Positions 1 to 16,250 of a DNA stretch of 42,262 nucleotides are shown here, one piece after another; position 1 is the stretch's first letter; the number at the start of each line of letters is the position of its first letter. The stretch lies in NCBI GenBank assembly GCA_046484245.1, contig JAWOBN010000068.1, positions 1 to 42,262 on the forward strand, read 5' to 3'. This DNA comes from a bacterium (GTDB lineage: Bacteria > Hydrothermota > 32-111). A program made the translations under genes and the position numbers. The notes below the pieces were generated by a model. It was not told the origin of the DNA, made no database searches, and saw only the letters and a list, made by a program, of their open reading frames with translations.

Positions 1-96
1 GCCTCATTCTACACACCTGTACCCGGCGGTGTGGGGCCTGTTACAGTCGCGACACTGTTCAGTAATTTATTGAAACTCAAAGAGATCTATGGATGA
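1..96 (+). CDS. folD: Bifunctional methylenetetrahydrofolate dehydrogenase/cyclohydrolase, C-terminal fragment (partial at window edge)
   Basis: Frame 1 reads [40 protein letters not shown] is the FolD C-terminal signature, and folD-xseA adjacency is common. Confidence 0.9.
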   Translation, partial: ASFYTPVPGGVGPVTVATLFSNLLKLKEIYG

Positions 97-1447
97 TAAG
101 GTTTACAGTGTAAGCAGCATCACATATTTCATCAAGGATACCCTCAAGAACAGCCTGCCTCAGGTTCTGCGTATTGCAGGGGAGGTGTCCAATTACAAAC
201 TCCACTCATCAGGACATCTGTATTTCTCCATTAAGGATGACAATGCATTGCTCAAAGGCGTGATGTTCAATGCGCGCAATAAGCTGAAGGATACAGTAAA
301 GGACGGGGATGCTGTTATTATTACAGGCAGAATTGATGTGTATCCCCCATATGGTCAGTATCAGATAATAGCAACAGACATAGAACTGTCCGGGGAAGGA
401 GCATTATACAGGAAATTCCTTCTCCTGAAGAAGAAATTGGAGAAAGAGGGGCTGTTCAGTGAGGAGAGAAAGAAGCCCCTTCCTCAATACCCCCTTTCAG
501 TAGGTATTGTAACGAGTCCCACCGGTTCTGTGATTGAGGACATAGACCATGTCCTGACGAGGAGGGCTCCATATGTCAAAAAGCTCCTCTATCCCGCCAA
601 GGTGCAGGGTGATAATGCGCATAAGTCATTAATAGCCGGCATTGAGTACTTCAACAGCAAAGAAACAGCGGATGTGATAATCATAGGCAGGGGCGGAGGC
701 TCCCTTGAGGATCTATGGGAATTCAATAATGAGCAGCTTGCCTACACTGTGAGCAGATCGGATATACCGGTTATTTCAGCTGTGGGGCATGAAACGGATT
801 TCACTATCTGTGATTTTGTTTCTGACAGGAGAGCTCCGACACCATCAGCAGCAGCAGAGATTGCAGTGAAGGATAAGGCGGATATACTGAATATGCTCAG
901 TGAGAACAGAAATAAATTGAGAAAGATGCTTATGGACTGCACAGAGACCAGGAGAACATCTGTCGGCAAACTGAAGAACAGGTTTTACCGGAATGCCACT
1001 GACAGGATCAATATGAGGAAACAGCACTTTGATATGATGGCTGAAAAGATGGGCAGTACTGTGACAGAAAAATTATCCCGGAGAAAGGAATTTATCAATA
1101 TTCTCTACAGGAGAATGATGAAACTCTCGCCTGCCCGGAAGTATGAGAAAATGAGGAATGAGCTCAGTTCAATGAAGAAGGATATGGACCATACAATGCT
1201 CATAAAGATGAATAATTACAAGTCGCTGATTGAGAAGAACAGGGCATCATTGAAGAACCTCAGTCCTGTCAGGATACTTGAAAAGGGATATAGTATTGTT
1301 TATAATGCTGATAATGATATAATTAACAGTTGCAGGAATACAACAGCCGGAGAAAACATTGAGATAAGGATGAAAGACGGCCGTGTTCCCGCAGAAGTCA
1401 AGGGCAAGGAGAATAAAAATGGAAACAAAACTGGAAAAGAAGATTGA
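89..1447 (+). CDS. xseA: Exodeoxyribonuclease VII large subunit
   Basis: N-terminal OB fold ([15 protein letters not shown]), [40 protein letters not shown]-terminal [10 protein letters not shown]. Confidence 0.97.
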   Translation: MDDKVYSVSSITYFIKDTLKNSLPQVLRIAGEVSNYKLHSSGHLYFSIKDDNALLKGVMFNARNKLKDTVKDGDAVIITGRIDVYPPYGQYQIIATDIELSGEGALYRKFLLLKKKLEKEGLFSEERKKPLPQYPLSVGIVTSPTGSVIEDIDHVLTRRAPYVKKLLYPAKVQGDNAHKSLIAGIEYFNSKETADVIIIGRGGGSLEDLWEFNNEQLAYTVSRSDIPVISAVGHETDFTICDFVSDRRAPTPSAAAEIAVKDKADILNMLSENRNKLRKMLMDCTETRRTSVGKLKNRFYRNATDRINMRKQHFDMMAEKMGSTVTEKLSRRKEFINILYRRMMKLSPARKYEKMRNELSSMKKDMDHTMLIKMNNYKSLIEKNRASLKNLSPVRILEKGYSIVYNADNDIINSCRNTTAGENIEIRMKDGRVPAEVKGKENKNGNKTGKED

Positions 1448-1613
1448 AGAGATAGAGAGCATTGTCAAGAAGCTTGAAGCAGAGGAAACAGATCTTGATG
1501 AATCAATCAAGATGTATGAAAAGGGCATAACACTCATCAAGGAATGCGAGAATATCATAGGTGATTATGAAGAGAAGATAAAAAATGTGCTGAAGGAAGA
1601 AGAGAATGAATGA
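1419..1613 (+). CDS. xseB: Exodeoxyribonuclease VII small subunit
   Basis: IESIVKKLE...DLDESIKMYEKGITLIKECE pattern. Start moved to ATG 1419 behind AAGGAG. Lies between xseA and ispA. Confidence 0.92.
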   Translation: METKLEKKIEEIESIVKKLEAEETDLDESIKMYEKGITLIKECENIIGDYEEKIKNVLKEEENE

Positions 1614-2487
1614 TTTCTTGTCCCGCATCTCTGATAAGAGGAAACTCATAGACAGCAGGCTTGAATCATTATTCGCCAATGGGGATGAATACACCCATGA
1701 CCTGTACAATGCAATGGCATATACAATACGCTCGGGAGGCAAACGCCTCAGACCTGTCGTTGTCTTGATGATATGGGAGCTTCTCGGCAGAGAGATCAAT
1801 GATGAAATTCTCCCTGTTGCATGTTCAATAGAGATGATTCACACATATTCACTGATACATGATGACCTGCCTGCAATGGACAATGATGATTTCAGGAGAG
1901 GCAAACCTGCTCTGCATAAGAAGTATGATGAAGGCACAGCTGTACTGGCAGGCGACGGACTGTTCTCATACGCACTTGAAGTGTTCATGCAGGCTGATGT
2001 CAGTTCCGACACAATGGTCAAGGCACTCAAATTCTTCCTCAGGGAAATAGGCCCTGAAGGCATTGTCGCAGGTCAATTCGTTGACACCAATATAGACATG
2101 TTTGAGAGGGATGAATCCACTTTGAAATTCATACATAATAAGAAAACAGCATCTCTCATTGCAGCATGTTTTACACTGCCTGTAATAATTGCAGAAGAGA
2201 CAGACAGAATTGAATCTTTCTACAGGCTGGGCAAAGGCGCGGGACTGCTCTTTCAGATAATTGACGATATACTGGATGTGACAGCAAGCCCCGATAATCT
2301 CGGCAAATCACTTAATAAGGATATCAAGCAGAACAAATTGACTTATATAACATTCTATGAACTGGAGGATGCAAGGAGAAAGGCTGAGATTCAGTATAAT
2401 AATATCATGCATCTGGCTGAAGAAACGGGTGTGAAGAATACACTCATAGGTGAAATGTTAACATATTTCTACAAGAGGATATCATAA
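1606..2487 (+). CDS. ispA: Farnesyl-diphosphate synthase / geranyltranstransferase
   Basis: GGKRLRP, first Asp-rich motif SLIHDDLPAMDNDDFRRG, second motif FQIIDDILD, GKS...D. Confidence 0.95.
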   Translation: MNDFLSRISDKRKLIDSRLESLFANGDEYTHDLYNAMAYTIRSGGKRLRPVVVLMIWELLGREINDEILPVACSIEMIHTYSLIHDDLPAMDNDDFRRGKPALHKKYDEGTAVLAGDGLFSYALEVFMQADVSSDTMVKALKFFLREIGPEGIVAGQFVDTNIDMFERDESTLKFIHNKKTASLIAACFTLPVIIAEETDRIESFYRLGKGAGLLFQIIDDILDVTASPDNLGKSLNKDIKQNKLTYITFYELEDARRKAEIQYNNIMHLAEETGVKNTLIGEMLTYFYKRIS

Positions 2488-2912
2488 TGTTTGCATTAAA
2501 AATGACGGGTATCATATTCCTGAGCGGACTGATAGCTCAGTTGATAAAAATTGTCTCCTTCTATATTGAGCACAGAAAGATTAATTTCAACCGATTCTTT
2601 GAGACAGGCGGCATGCCGTCCTCACATGCATCAACTGCAACAGCACTCACGATACTTGTCGGCATATATAATGGCTTCAACAATGTCTTGTTTATAGTCA
2701 CATTGTTCTTTGCTATGGTTATCATGTATGATGCTGCAGGTATCAGAAGAGCTGCAGGCAGACAGGCAATAATACTGAACCGCATTGTTGAAGAGATTGT
2801 GAGAGACAAGCATATCAATGAAGAACGACTTGTTGAGCTGTTGGGGCATACACCACTTGAGGTGTTCATGGGATCTATTCTAGGAATTCTTGTAGCCGTA
2901 ATATTTGCATAA
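2487..2912 (+). CDS. DUF212 divergent PAP2 (acid phosphatase/haloperoxidase-related) membrane protein
   Basis: TGGMPSSHA, MYDAAGIRRAAGRQA and ELLGHTPLEV motifs; usual position after ispA. Confidence 0.92.
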   Translation: MFALKMTGIIFLSGLIAQLIKIVSFYIEHRKINFNRFFETGGMPSSHASTATALTILVGIYNGFNNVLFIVTLFFAMVIMYDAAGIRRAAGRQAIILNRIVEEIVRDKHINEERLVELLGHTPLEVFMGSILGILVAVIFA

Positions 2913-2921
2913 GGAGTTATC

Positions 2922-4791
2922 ATGGGTTTGCTGGACAATGTAAATTATCCTGAAGACATCAAGCAGATGAAATATCATGAGCTGAGGGAATTGGCAGGCG
3001 AGATAAGACGGTATATTATTGATGTAACATGCAAGACAGGCGGACATGTGGCACCATCACTCGGTGCAGTGGAAATTGCACTTGCAATGCATTATGTTTT
3101 TGACTGCCCCAAAGACAAGTTTGTATGGGATGTGGGGCATCAGTCATATGCTCACAAGATACTCACAGGCAGGAAAGAAGCCATGACGGGACTGAGACAG
3201 CTCAATGGGATAAACGGGTTCAACAATATCTTTGAATCAGAGTATGATGCCCTCACAGTGGGTCATGCGGGCACCTCCATGTCAGCCTCTCTCGGTATGG
3301 CTGCAGCGCGGGACATGAAGGGCGATGATTTTCAGATTGTCAATGTCATAGGCGACGGAGCAATGACAAATGGACTGGCATATGAGGCAATGAACCAGAT
3401 TGCCCAGTTGAGACCCAGAATGCTTATCATACTCAATGACAATAAGATGTCCATTTCCGAGAATGTAGGCGGCATTTCACAGTATCTCAATAAACTGGAA
3501 ACAACACCTGTTTACGGTTCTCTGAAGAATGAGGTCTGGGAGCTTCTGGGTGTATTGCCTGATAAAATGTCCGGCAGGGCGCGCGACCTTGCAAGAAGGA
3601 TGAAGGAATCATTGAAGAACTTTGTCATACCGACAATACTTTTTGAGGAATTCGGCATACGGTACATAGGTCCTATTGACGGGCATGATATCAAGGACCT
3701 CATAGAAACAATGAGATCCGTAAGAAATTATAATGGACCTCTTCTCATACATGCTATAACGCAGAAGGGCAGGGGTTATAAGCCGGCAGAGAATGATCCC
3801 ACGACATTCCACGGTCTGGGCCAGTACTGTGTGGATACAGGGAAGAAAGAGTCATCACCGGGCAAGAATGTTAAATATACCACTGTATTCGGGAAAACAC
3901 TTGTTGAACTTGCCAAGAACCGGAAGGATGTAGCGGCTATTACTGCTGCAATGCCTGACGGAACAGGCCTTGTCCATTTTCAGAAAGCCTATCCGGAGCG
4001 ATTCTTTGATGTCGGAATTGAGGAGATGCATGCAGCGGAATTTGCAGTCGGGCTTGCACTTGAAGGCATGAAACCGGTATGTGCCCTCTATTCATCATTT
4101 CTCCAGAGGGCATACGATCAGCTGATACATGATGCAGCACTTATGAAGCAGAATGTATTCTTTGTACTGGACAGGGCAGGTATTGTAGGTGAAGACGGAC
4201 CCACGCATCACGGGCTCTTTGATCTCTCATATCTCAGGACAGTGCCTGATATGGTTATTATGTCGCCCAAGGATGAGGATGAACTGAGAAGCATGATAAA
4301 ACTGGGGCTTGAATACAATGAGGGTCCCATTTCCCTGAGATACCCCAGGGGTGAAGGCATGGGTGTTGATATATCGGGTGATATAAAGAGCATTGAACTT
4401 GGCGCCAGTGAGATTATTGAAAGAGGTGATGACCTGCTTATTATTGCAATCGGGTCAGAGGTCTATCCTTCAATAGAAGCGGGGGAGATGCTTAAAAAAG
4501 AGGGAATCAATCCCACAATTGTCAATCTGAGATTCATCAGACCCCTGGACAGTAAAACAATAATGCCCCTGCTTGAAAAACACAGCCGCATTGTCACTGC
4601 TGAGGAGAATATACTCTCGGGAGGTATGGGCGAGATGATAGACCGTGTTATTGCCGAGAATAATATCAAATGCAGTATTGTCAATATCGGCATAAGGGAC
4701 AGGTTTGTTGAAGTGGGTACACAGGCACAGCTGAGGGCAATGCATAAAATAGATTCAGAAGGCATTTATAGTACAATCAAGGAGCAATTCA

Positions 4792-4808
<17 letters not shown>
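2922..4808 (+). CDS. dxs: 1-deoxy-D-xylulose-5-phosphate synthase
   Basis: WDVGHQSYAHKILTGR, TPP motif GDGA...NDN, DRAGIVGEDGPTHHG, LRYPRG. SD AAGGAG upstream. Confidence 0.98.
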
Positions 4809-10223
<5,415 letters not shown>

Positions 10224-11561
10224 ATGAAGGTCCATCTTGCAGGATACAATTATGATCTGGAATTCGGGGAGAATATTAGAACACCTGAGACACTCTCAGC
10301 TGCCTATGCGAGGATATCCCGTTCTGAGAAGAGTGTGGAGCGCCTGCGCGAGGAAGCATGCAGGGGAGTTCAGAAGGCAAGGAAATCAAATGAGAAAATC
10401 ATATTCGGCCTGGGGCATGCGTCAGTTGCTGAACATGCTGTATTCAATTTTGATATTATTGATATATCACGTTATCTCACTGAAATGCTGCAGCATCACC
10501 GTCTTGCATCATTCACTGAAAAGAGTCAGAGATATGTCAAATTCAACAAGAATTTTTATATACCCTCCCAGATAAGGGGAACAAAGCTTGAAAATGAGTT
10601 TGAGTCATTCTGCAGGGAATGTTTTGAACAGTACAGCAGTATAATTGACAGATGTCATTCAGCTGAAATTGAAAAGGATAAGATCAATGAGGATGCCAGA
10701 TATGTCCTTCCCCTGTCAACCTATACGCAGATGGGTATGACAGTGAACGGCAGGACACTGGAATATATGATTGCTGTCCTCAATTCCCGTGATATGCCGG
10801 AAGCGCGTGATCTGGGGCATGCATTATACAGTAAGGTCAGTAAACTGGCACCGTCCATAATAAAGTACACAGAGGGCAGGGAGCATCTCAGGCACAGGAT
10901 TGATTCTCAGGGGAACGGGACATTTGACATTGAGTTACTGGACTATACACCTAATGCCAACAGGGATGTTGCTGCAATGCATCTCTTTGAATCAGGTATT
11001 GAATACAGTAGAGCTGTAGAAAAGGCGCGCAGCAGGGAAGTCAGACAATCAGTATTCAAGGATATATTCAGCCATATGGAGATGTGGGACAGACCTCCGC
11101 GTGTGTTTGAGCACAGTAAGTTCACATTCGGACTGAGTCTTTCAGCATCTGCCTATGCACAGCTCAAGAGACACAGGATGTCCAGTCAGACAGTACAGGC
11201 GTATAATTTCAGTGAGAAACCCGTAATACCCGGGACACTAACTGCAGCAGGTGCTGACAGCATCATACATGAGATGCATGAGAAGTCCGTATTAATGGCA
11301 GAGAAACTCGGGAATGTCAGTCAGTCCATTATGCCTTATGCTGCATTGAACAGCACCGGAAGGAATGTCATTATAACAATGAATGCAAGGGAGATATATC
11401 ATTTCTCACGCCTTAGAAGCGACAGGCATGCTCAATGGGAGATAAGGGATATCTCGGACAGAATCTGCAGTATGGTGAAGGAAATATACCCGGATATGTT
11501 CATGCTGCTGGGGGGTAAGGACAGCTTCAGCTCCATCAGGGGGAATCCAAGTGAATTATGA
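10224..11561 (+). CDS. thyX: FAD-dependent thymidylate synthase with tandem ThyX domains
   Basis: GHASVAEH, HHRLASFTEKSQRY and EDARYVLP in the first half; RHR and NAREIYHFSRLR...AQWEIR in the second half. Confidence 0.9.
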   Translation: MKVHLAGYNYDLEFGENIRTPETLSAAYARISRSEKSVERLREEACRGVQKARKSNEKIIFGLGHASVAEHAVFNFDIIDISRYLTEMLQHHRLASFTEKSQRYVKFNKNFYIPSQIRGTKLENEFESFCRECFEQYSSIIDRCHSAEIEKDKINEDARYVLPLSTYTQMGMTVNGRTLEYMIAVLNSRDMPEARDLGHALYSKVSKLAPSIIKYTEGREHLRHRIDSQGNGTFDIELLDYTPNANRDVAAMHLFESGIEYSRAVEKARSREVRQSVFKDIFSHMEMWDRPPRVFEHSKFTFGLSLSASAYAQLKRHRMSSQTVQAYNFSEKPVIPGTLTAAGADSIIHEMHEKSVLMAEKLGNVSQSIMPYAALNSTGRNVIITMNAREIYHFSRLRSDRHAQWEIRDISDRICSMVKEIYPDMFMLLGGKDSFSSIRGNPSEL

Positions 11562-12807
11562 GGATAAAGCACTCCGGTATCACAGTGAGCCACTGCCGGG
11601 CAAGATAAGCATAAGCATCACAAAGAGATGTGAAACAGCAGATGATCTCTCCATGGCATATACACCGGGTGTGGCAGGGCCCTGCAGGGCAATAGAGAAG
11701 AACCCGCTTATGGCAGGCAAATATACTGTCAGAGACAATCTGGTGGGTGTTATTACAAATGGGACTGCAGTCCTGGGTCTGGGAAACATAGGCCCGCTTG
11801 CATCCAAGCCCGTTATGGAGGGCAAGTCAGTACTGTTCAAGAAATTTGCAGGCATTGATGTGTTTGATCTTGAGATAGATGAATCTGAGCCGGATAGATT
11901 CATTTCAATTGTCAAATCCATGGAACCCACATTCGGAGGCATCAATCTTGAGGATATACGCGCTCCCGAGTGTTTTTATATTGAAGAGCAATTGAAAGAG
12001 AAAATGGACATACCTGTATTCCATGATGACCAGCACGGTACAGCTGTTATTGCAACAGCAGGTCTTATTAATGCACTGGAAATTACCGGTAAAGACCCGG
12101 CCTGTATCAGAATGATTGTCAGCGGGGCAGGTGCAGCAGCCCTCTCATGCATTGACATGTTCATGAAACAGGGTATAAGGAGGGAGAATATATTTGTATT
12201 TGATTCAAATGGTATGCTTTCAAAAGAGAGGGATTATATCAATGATTATAAGAAACAATTCGCCTTTCATGAGAAGTCACGTACAATGGACAGCATTACT
12301 CAGAACGCGGATCTGTTCCTTGGACTCTCTGTAAAGGGTGTGCTTAAACCTGGTATGCTCAAGAGTATGAACAGAGACCCCATAGTATTTGCTCTTGCAA
12401 ATCCCGATCCGGAGATTGATTATCACACAGCATGTCAGGTGAGAGATGATGTTATAATGGCTACAGGGAGAAGTGATTATCCCAATCAGATAAACAATGT
12501 ACTGGGATTTCCATTTATCTTCAGAGGGGCTCTGGATTGCGGAGCAGTATCCATCACGCAGTCAATGAAACTGGCTGCTGCAGAGTCACTTGCCTCTATT
12601 GCCAGGGAAAGGACACCAGACTCTGTCAAGAGCATTTACGGGAAAGACCTGCAGTTCGGAAGGCATTATTTCATACCCAAACCATTTGACAGACGTGTTT
12701 TTGTTGAAGAATCAACAGCAGTGCTAAAAGCAGCATTGAATGAAAAGGTAAACAGAAAGCAAATTGACCCTGTTAAGTATAGGAATAAACTGGAGGAAAT
12801 GATATGA
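11551..12807 (+). CDS. maeB: NAD(P)-dependent malic enzyme (MaeB-like catalytic part, no PTA domain)
   Basis: AYTPGVA, KPVMEGK, FGGINLEDI, FHDDQHGTA, GAGAA, TGRSDYPNQINNVLGFPFIFRGALD. Confidence 0.93.
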   Translation: MNYEDKALRYHSEPLPGKISISITKRCETADDLSMAYTPGVAGPCRAIEKNPLMAGKYTVRDNLVGVITNGTAVLGLGNIGPLASKPVMEGKSVLFKKFAGIDVFDLEIDESEPDRFISIVKSMEPTFGGINLEDIRAPECFYIEEQLKEKMDIPVFHDDQHGTAVIATAGLINALEITGKDPACIRMIVSGAGAAALSCIDMFMKQGIRRENIFVFDSNGMLSKERDYINDYKKQFAFHEKSRTMDSITQNADLFLGLSVKGVLKPGMLKSMNRDPIVFALANPDPEIDYHTACQVRDDVIMATGRSDYPNQINNVLGFPFIFRGALDCGAVSITQSMKLAAAESLASIARERTPDSVKSIYGKDLQFGRHYFIPKPFDRRVFVEESTAVLKAALNEKVNRKQIDPVKYRNKLEEMI

Positions 12808-13259
12808 AGAAATTGATGTTTGTAATACTCATAGCAGTAATGCTCTTAAGCGGATGCAGTGCATTCAGGCAGCTCAATACAATAAAGAATCTCTCTTATG
12901 ACCTTGAGGGTATAAATATGGGGATGCCTGCAATAGGTGAATTTGCACTTCTGGTTGATATCGGTATCTATAATCCCAATGACACAGAGGTAGAGATAAG
13001 GGATATGAACTATACTGTTTTTGTCAATGACATAAAGATAGGAACAGGCAGGTCTCTGGACAGAATGGTCATAAAGAAGAAGGACAAAACAGTGTATCAT
13101 ACAAGGATAGACCTTGATATGGAGGATTTGAAGGAGAATTATCAGACACTTTTAGGCAGCAAGGAGTTCAATGCAGTAGTTGCGGGTGATGTGACATTCA
13201 ATACTTCTGTCGGCGAACACACTTTCCCCTTTGAATTAAAGAGGCGTGCAGGAAAGTAA
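12804..13259 (+). CDS. LEA_2/WHy-domain lipoprotein
   Basis: Lipobox LSGC, YNPN motif followed by Y-x-V-x-VND-xx-IG-x-G. Confidence 0.8.
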   Translation: MKKLMFVILIAVMLLSGCSAFRQLNTIKNLSYDLEGINMGMPAIGEFALLVDIGIYNPNDTEVEIRDMNYTVFVNDIKIGTGRSLDRMVIKKKDKTVYHTRIDLDMEDLKENYQTLLGSKEFNAVVAGDVTFNTSVGEHTFPFELKRRAGK

Positions 13260-13290
13260 GTAAAACATAATTGAATAGAAGGAGTTATTT

Positions 13291-13653
13291 ATGGAATGGT
13301 ATTTTGCAGTTCTGAGAAATTATACACAGTTCAGCGGCAGGGCAAGGCGAATGGAATTCTGGATGTTTGTGCTTGTTAATTTTGCCATTGGAATTGTGCT
13401 GGGCTTCATTGAGAGCCTGCTCGGCGTACCCTCAGTACTATCGGGTCTTTACGGTCTTGCAGTACTTATACCCGGCATAGCTGTCACAATCAGGCGGCTT
13501 CATGACACAGGCAGATCCGGAATCCTCTGGCTCATAGGACTTATCCCCATTGTGGGATGGATTATACTGATAATTTTCCTGGCAGAGGACTCTAAGCCCG
13601 GTGATAATCAGTATGGGCCCAATCCGAAAGAGCATATGCCCTCAGGGCAGTAG
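13291..13653 (+). CDS. DUF805 (YhaH/YhaI-like) inner-membrane protein
   Basis: YTQFSGRARRMEFW, IRRLHDTGRSG, PGDNQYGPNP; SD AAGGAG. Confidence 0.93.
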   Translation: MEWYFAVLRNYTQFSGRARRMEFWMFVLVNFAIGIVLGFIESLLGVPSVLSGLYGLAVLIPGIAVTIRRLHDTGRSGILWLIGLIPIVGWIILIIFLAEDSKPGDNQYGPNPKEHMPSGQ

Positions 13654-13655
13654 CA

Positions 13656-13683
13656 GCATAGTGTCATAATAATGACATTATGC
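13656..13683. terminator. 12-bp hairpin right after the DUF805 stop (possible terminator, processing or operator site)
   Basis: GCATAGTGTCAT-AATA-ATGACATTATGC with one G-T pair; no clear U-tract. Confidence 0.4.
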
Positions 13684-13695
13684 CCTATCCTCCTA

Positions 13696-13724
13696 TTGAA
13701 TATATTCAGTAGGTATATTAAGAT
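13696..13724 (+). promoter_or_regulatory. Putative sigma70 promoter overlapped by a palindrome
   Basis: TTGAAT-N17-TAAGAT upstream of AAGGAGG and ATG 13742. Palindrome CCTATTGAAT-AT-ATTCAGTAGG covers the -35. Confidence 0.45.
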
Positions 13725-13741
13725 ATAGAAAAGGAGGCGGG

Positions 13742-14344
13742 ATGAAGCGGATAATAATTTTAATAAGTATTGTATGTTTTATATCCATGACTGTATGGGC
13801 TGAGAACCCTGTGTTTCAGACAGATGATAAAGAATCCGCGGAGAAAGGGGAACTATTTGACTCAGACAACAATGAAGCAGAAGAGGAGTATCCTGAAGGC
13901 AGTAAAGAGGCAAACCCTCCATGCTGTATGGAACTGGGTTTCTTAAATCCCTCTATGAATACAGTGAAGGACAATATATGCCTCGGCATGATTGCAGGTT
14001 CACCAATAGGTGCTACTATAGTGATATCCTTTGTCGCATTGATTATTTTTCTTATTATCATGGTAATTGAACTGATATTCTCACTGGGACAGAGCACTGT
14101 TATGGCTGACAGTTTTGAACGGATAGCTGTACCGGGATTCTTCACTGTTCTTGGAATATCTGTGTTTGCAAGCATTGCAATGAATCTGCTGACCCCCTAT
14201 TATGATTATGAAGACAAAGAGACCCATAAGCCGCTGAGCAATCCTTCAGTATTGCTTCAGAGAGCAGGCGGCTGTCTGATAAGCACAGGTATCGGTGTGC
14301 TTATTGTCTTTCTCATAGCTCAAAACCTCGGAGACAATAATTGA
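13742..14344 (+). CDS. Hypothetical membrane protein with signal peptide
   Basis: Strong SD AAGGAGG, signal peptide (MKRIIILISIVCFISMTVWA), acidic linker, several hydrophobic helices. No family recognised. Confidence 0.75.
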   Translation: MKRIIILISIVCFISMTVWAENPVFQTDDKESAEKGELFDSDNNEAEEEYPEGSKEANPPCCMELGFLNPSMNTVKDNICLGMIAGSPIGATIVISFVALIIFLIIMVIELIFSLGQSTVMADSFERIAVPGFFTVLGISVFASIAMNLLTPYYDYEDKETHKPLSNPSVLLQRAGGCLISTGIGVLIVFLIAQNLGDNN

Positions 14345-15369
14345 ATATAATACTCATTGCATTGTTTATCTCCTGTCTGGGCATATCGGGCAGTAAAGCA
14401 ACTCCTGCAGCAGATATCACTGACATGGATTCACTCTTTCATTTCAATGATACACTCACTGTCCTCAGTGAATATGCTGACAGCAGGCAGGTAATAGAAT
14501 TAAAGATGAAACAGGTAGAAAATATTAACAGATACAGGAGCCAATACGGTGTTCAGGATGTGTGTATGGATATACTCGCATCAAGGATTGCCAATAAACA
14601 TGCTGCTGAAACAGTGAAGAATGATTATTTCGGTCATATAAACAGGGAAGGGCATCTGCCTTTTATGAGATACGGGATTATCGGCGGACAACATCATATA
14701 CTGGAGAATCTTGCAATGAACAGAATGCATTATTATTATAAGAACAGGAGCATAATGGAAGGTGATGAAGAGAAACTCCGTGCTGCTGTGGGCGATACAT
14801 TATCCATAATGAAAGAGGCTCTGGATGATTTTATGAAAGAGGGACCCGGGGGCGGGCATCATGATAATATTGTAATGGCGCATCATAATCATGTGGGCAT
14901 TGGTTACAGTGATACAATTGTCAATACAGGAGATACACTAAAATTCAGAATGGTGTATGCTGAGGAATTTGTTGACAAATACATAAGCTTCAGCAAAATC
15001 CCGTCAGTAGTCTCTGTAAACAGCACTTTTATGATAAGCGGCGAGATAATGGATAAGGATGCAGGGCCTGCTATACTTATTGCATACAGATTTGATGAAC
15101 CTGTTGTTCAGAGCATTGATGATATAAACCGCAGTGATAATTACAATGATTATTCTGATGACAGTGTCATTGAATTATGGCCCTGGGATTTGAAGGAGTT
15201 TATCAGTGGAAGAAGATTTTCAGTACCTCTGAAATTTGACAGACCGGGGATGTACTATATACAGATTTTCTTATCAGACCCTGTTAAGGATATACCGTAT
15301 GAAGGGGGATCATTCTCAACAGATAATGCATTTCCCGCTTCCGGCATTATTATATTTGCAGAGGAATGA
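14341..15369 (+). CDS. Secreted CAP (SCP-like) domain protein with C-terminal beta-rich domain
   Basis: INRYR, ANKHA...YFGH, ENLA and GHHDNI...HVGIG CAP motifs. Start overlaps the upstream stop. Confidence 0.8.
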   Translation: MNIILIALFISCLGISGSKATPAADITDMDSLFHFNDTLTVLSEYADSRQVIELKMKQVENINRYRSQYGVQDVCMDILASRIANKHAAETVKNDYFGHINREGHLPFMRYGIIGGQHHILENLAMNRMHYYYKNRSIMEGDEEKLRAAVGDTLSIMKEALDDFMKEGPGGGHHDNIVMAHHNHVGIGYSDTIVNTGDTLKFRMVYAEEFVDKYISFSKIPSVVSVNSTFMISGEIMDKDAGPAILIAYRFDEPVVQSIDDINRSDNYNDYSDDSVIELWPWDLKEFISGRRFSVPLKFDRPGMYYIQIFLSDPVKDIPYEGGSFSTDNAFPASGIIIFAEE

Positions 15370-15722
15370 GTATGCAAGACATCAGAGCCCTTATAATTGT
15401 GTTTTATGCTGTACTGCTCTTTACAGTGCTTGTTGTGTTTTTAGCCCTCAATAAGCGTTATGAGAACCGGAAGGATTTTCTCGGATTCTTTATCATGGGT
15501 ATTGTATGGATAATATCAGGACTCCTGTTCAATATGTGGGGATTTACTGCAGGGGGCCTTATCTTGGCTATAATAGGTGTTGTAAATATCAAGAAATGGA
15601 AGAAGCATAAAGATCAATGGGCGGGTTTGAGCAGGAAGGACAGACAGATAAAAATTGCATTGATGACAGTGCTGGGTTTACTGGTGCTTGCGTCAATAAT
15701 ACTCTATTTCACTGTTTTATAA
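15366..15722 (+). CDS. Small multi-pass membrane protein
   Basis: About four hydrophobic segments separated by basic loops; translationally coupled to the upstream gene. Confidence 0.7.
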   Translation: MSMQDIRALIIVFYAVLLFTVLVVFLALNKRYENRKDFLGFFIMGIVWIISGLLFNMWGFTAGGLILAIIGVVNIKKWKKHKDQWAGLSRKDRQIKIALMTVLGLLVLASIILYFTVL

Positions 15723-15731
15723 GGAGGAATA

Positions 15732-16187
15732 ATGAAGAGATGTCCTGCATGCGGAAGAACCAATAAGGATGATTCCAAATTCTGTTACAATTGCGGGGAG
15801 AATCTGGAGAATGCTCCTGTTTCTTCAACAGCAGATGATGTGCCTCTTGAGATCAAGGGGTGGAATATGGGGGCATTCATGCACAATATACTCTGGGGTG
15901 TTGCAAATGGAGTGTATGAGGCATTATGGTCTCTTGTTGTTATCATTCCCTTTGTCGGATGGTTTGCTGCAGTCGGTATATGGATATGGCTCGGCCTTAA
16001 AGGTAATGAACTGGCATGGAAGAAACAGACATGGGACAGTGTGGAGGACTTCAAAAGATGTCAGGGGACATGGAACAGGGCAGGCTGGTTCACACTGATT
16101 ATGGCAGTAGGCCTCAGTATTATTTATTTCTTCATATTCATTTTCATTGTAATGGCTGGTGTTCTTGCCGAATCACCCGGTATATAA
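15732..16187 (+). CDS. Zinc-ribbon domain membrane protein
   Basis: CPACG...FCYNCG zinc ribbon, WNxGAF...W membrane motif, KGNELAW; SD AAGGAGG. Confidence 0.82.
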   Translation: MKRCPACGRTNKDDSKFCYNCGENLENAPVSSTADDVPLEIKGWNMGAFMHNILWGVANGVYEALWSLVVIIPFVGWFAAVGIWIWLGLKGNELAWKKQTWDSVEDFKRCQGTWNRAGWFTLIMAVGLSIIYFFIFIFIVMAGVLAESPGI

Positions 16188-16250
16188 AATGATATAAATG
16201 TGATATGACCGGAATGGATAATCAATAAGTAACATTAAAAAGGAGTTTAT

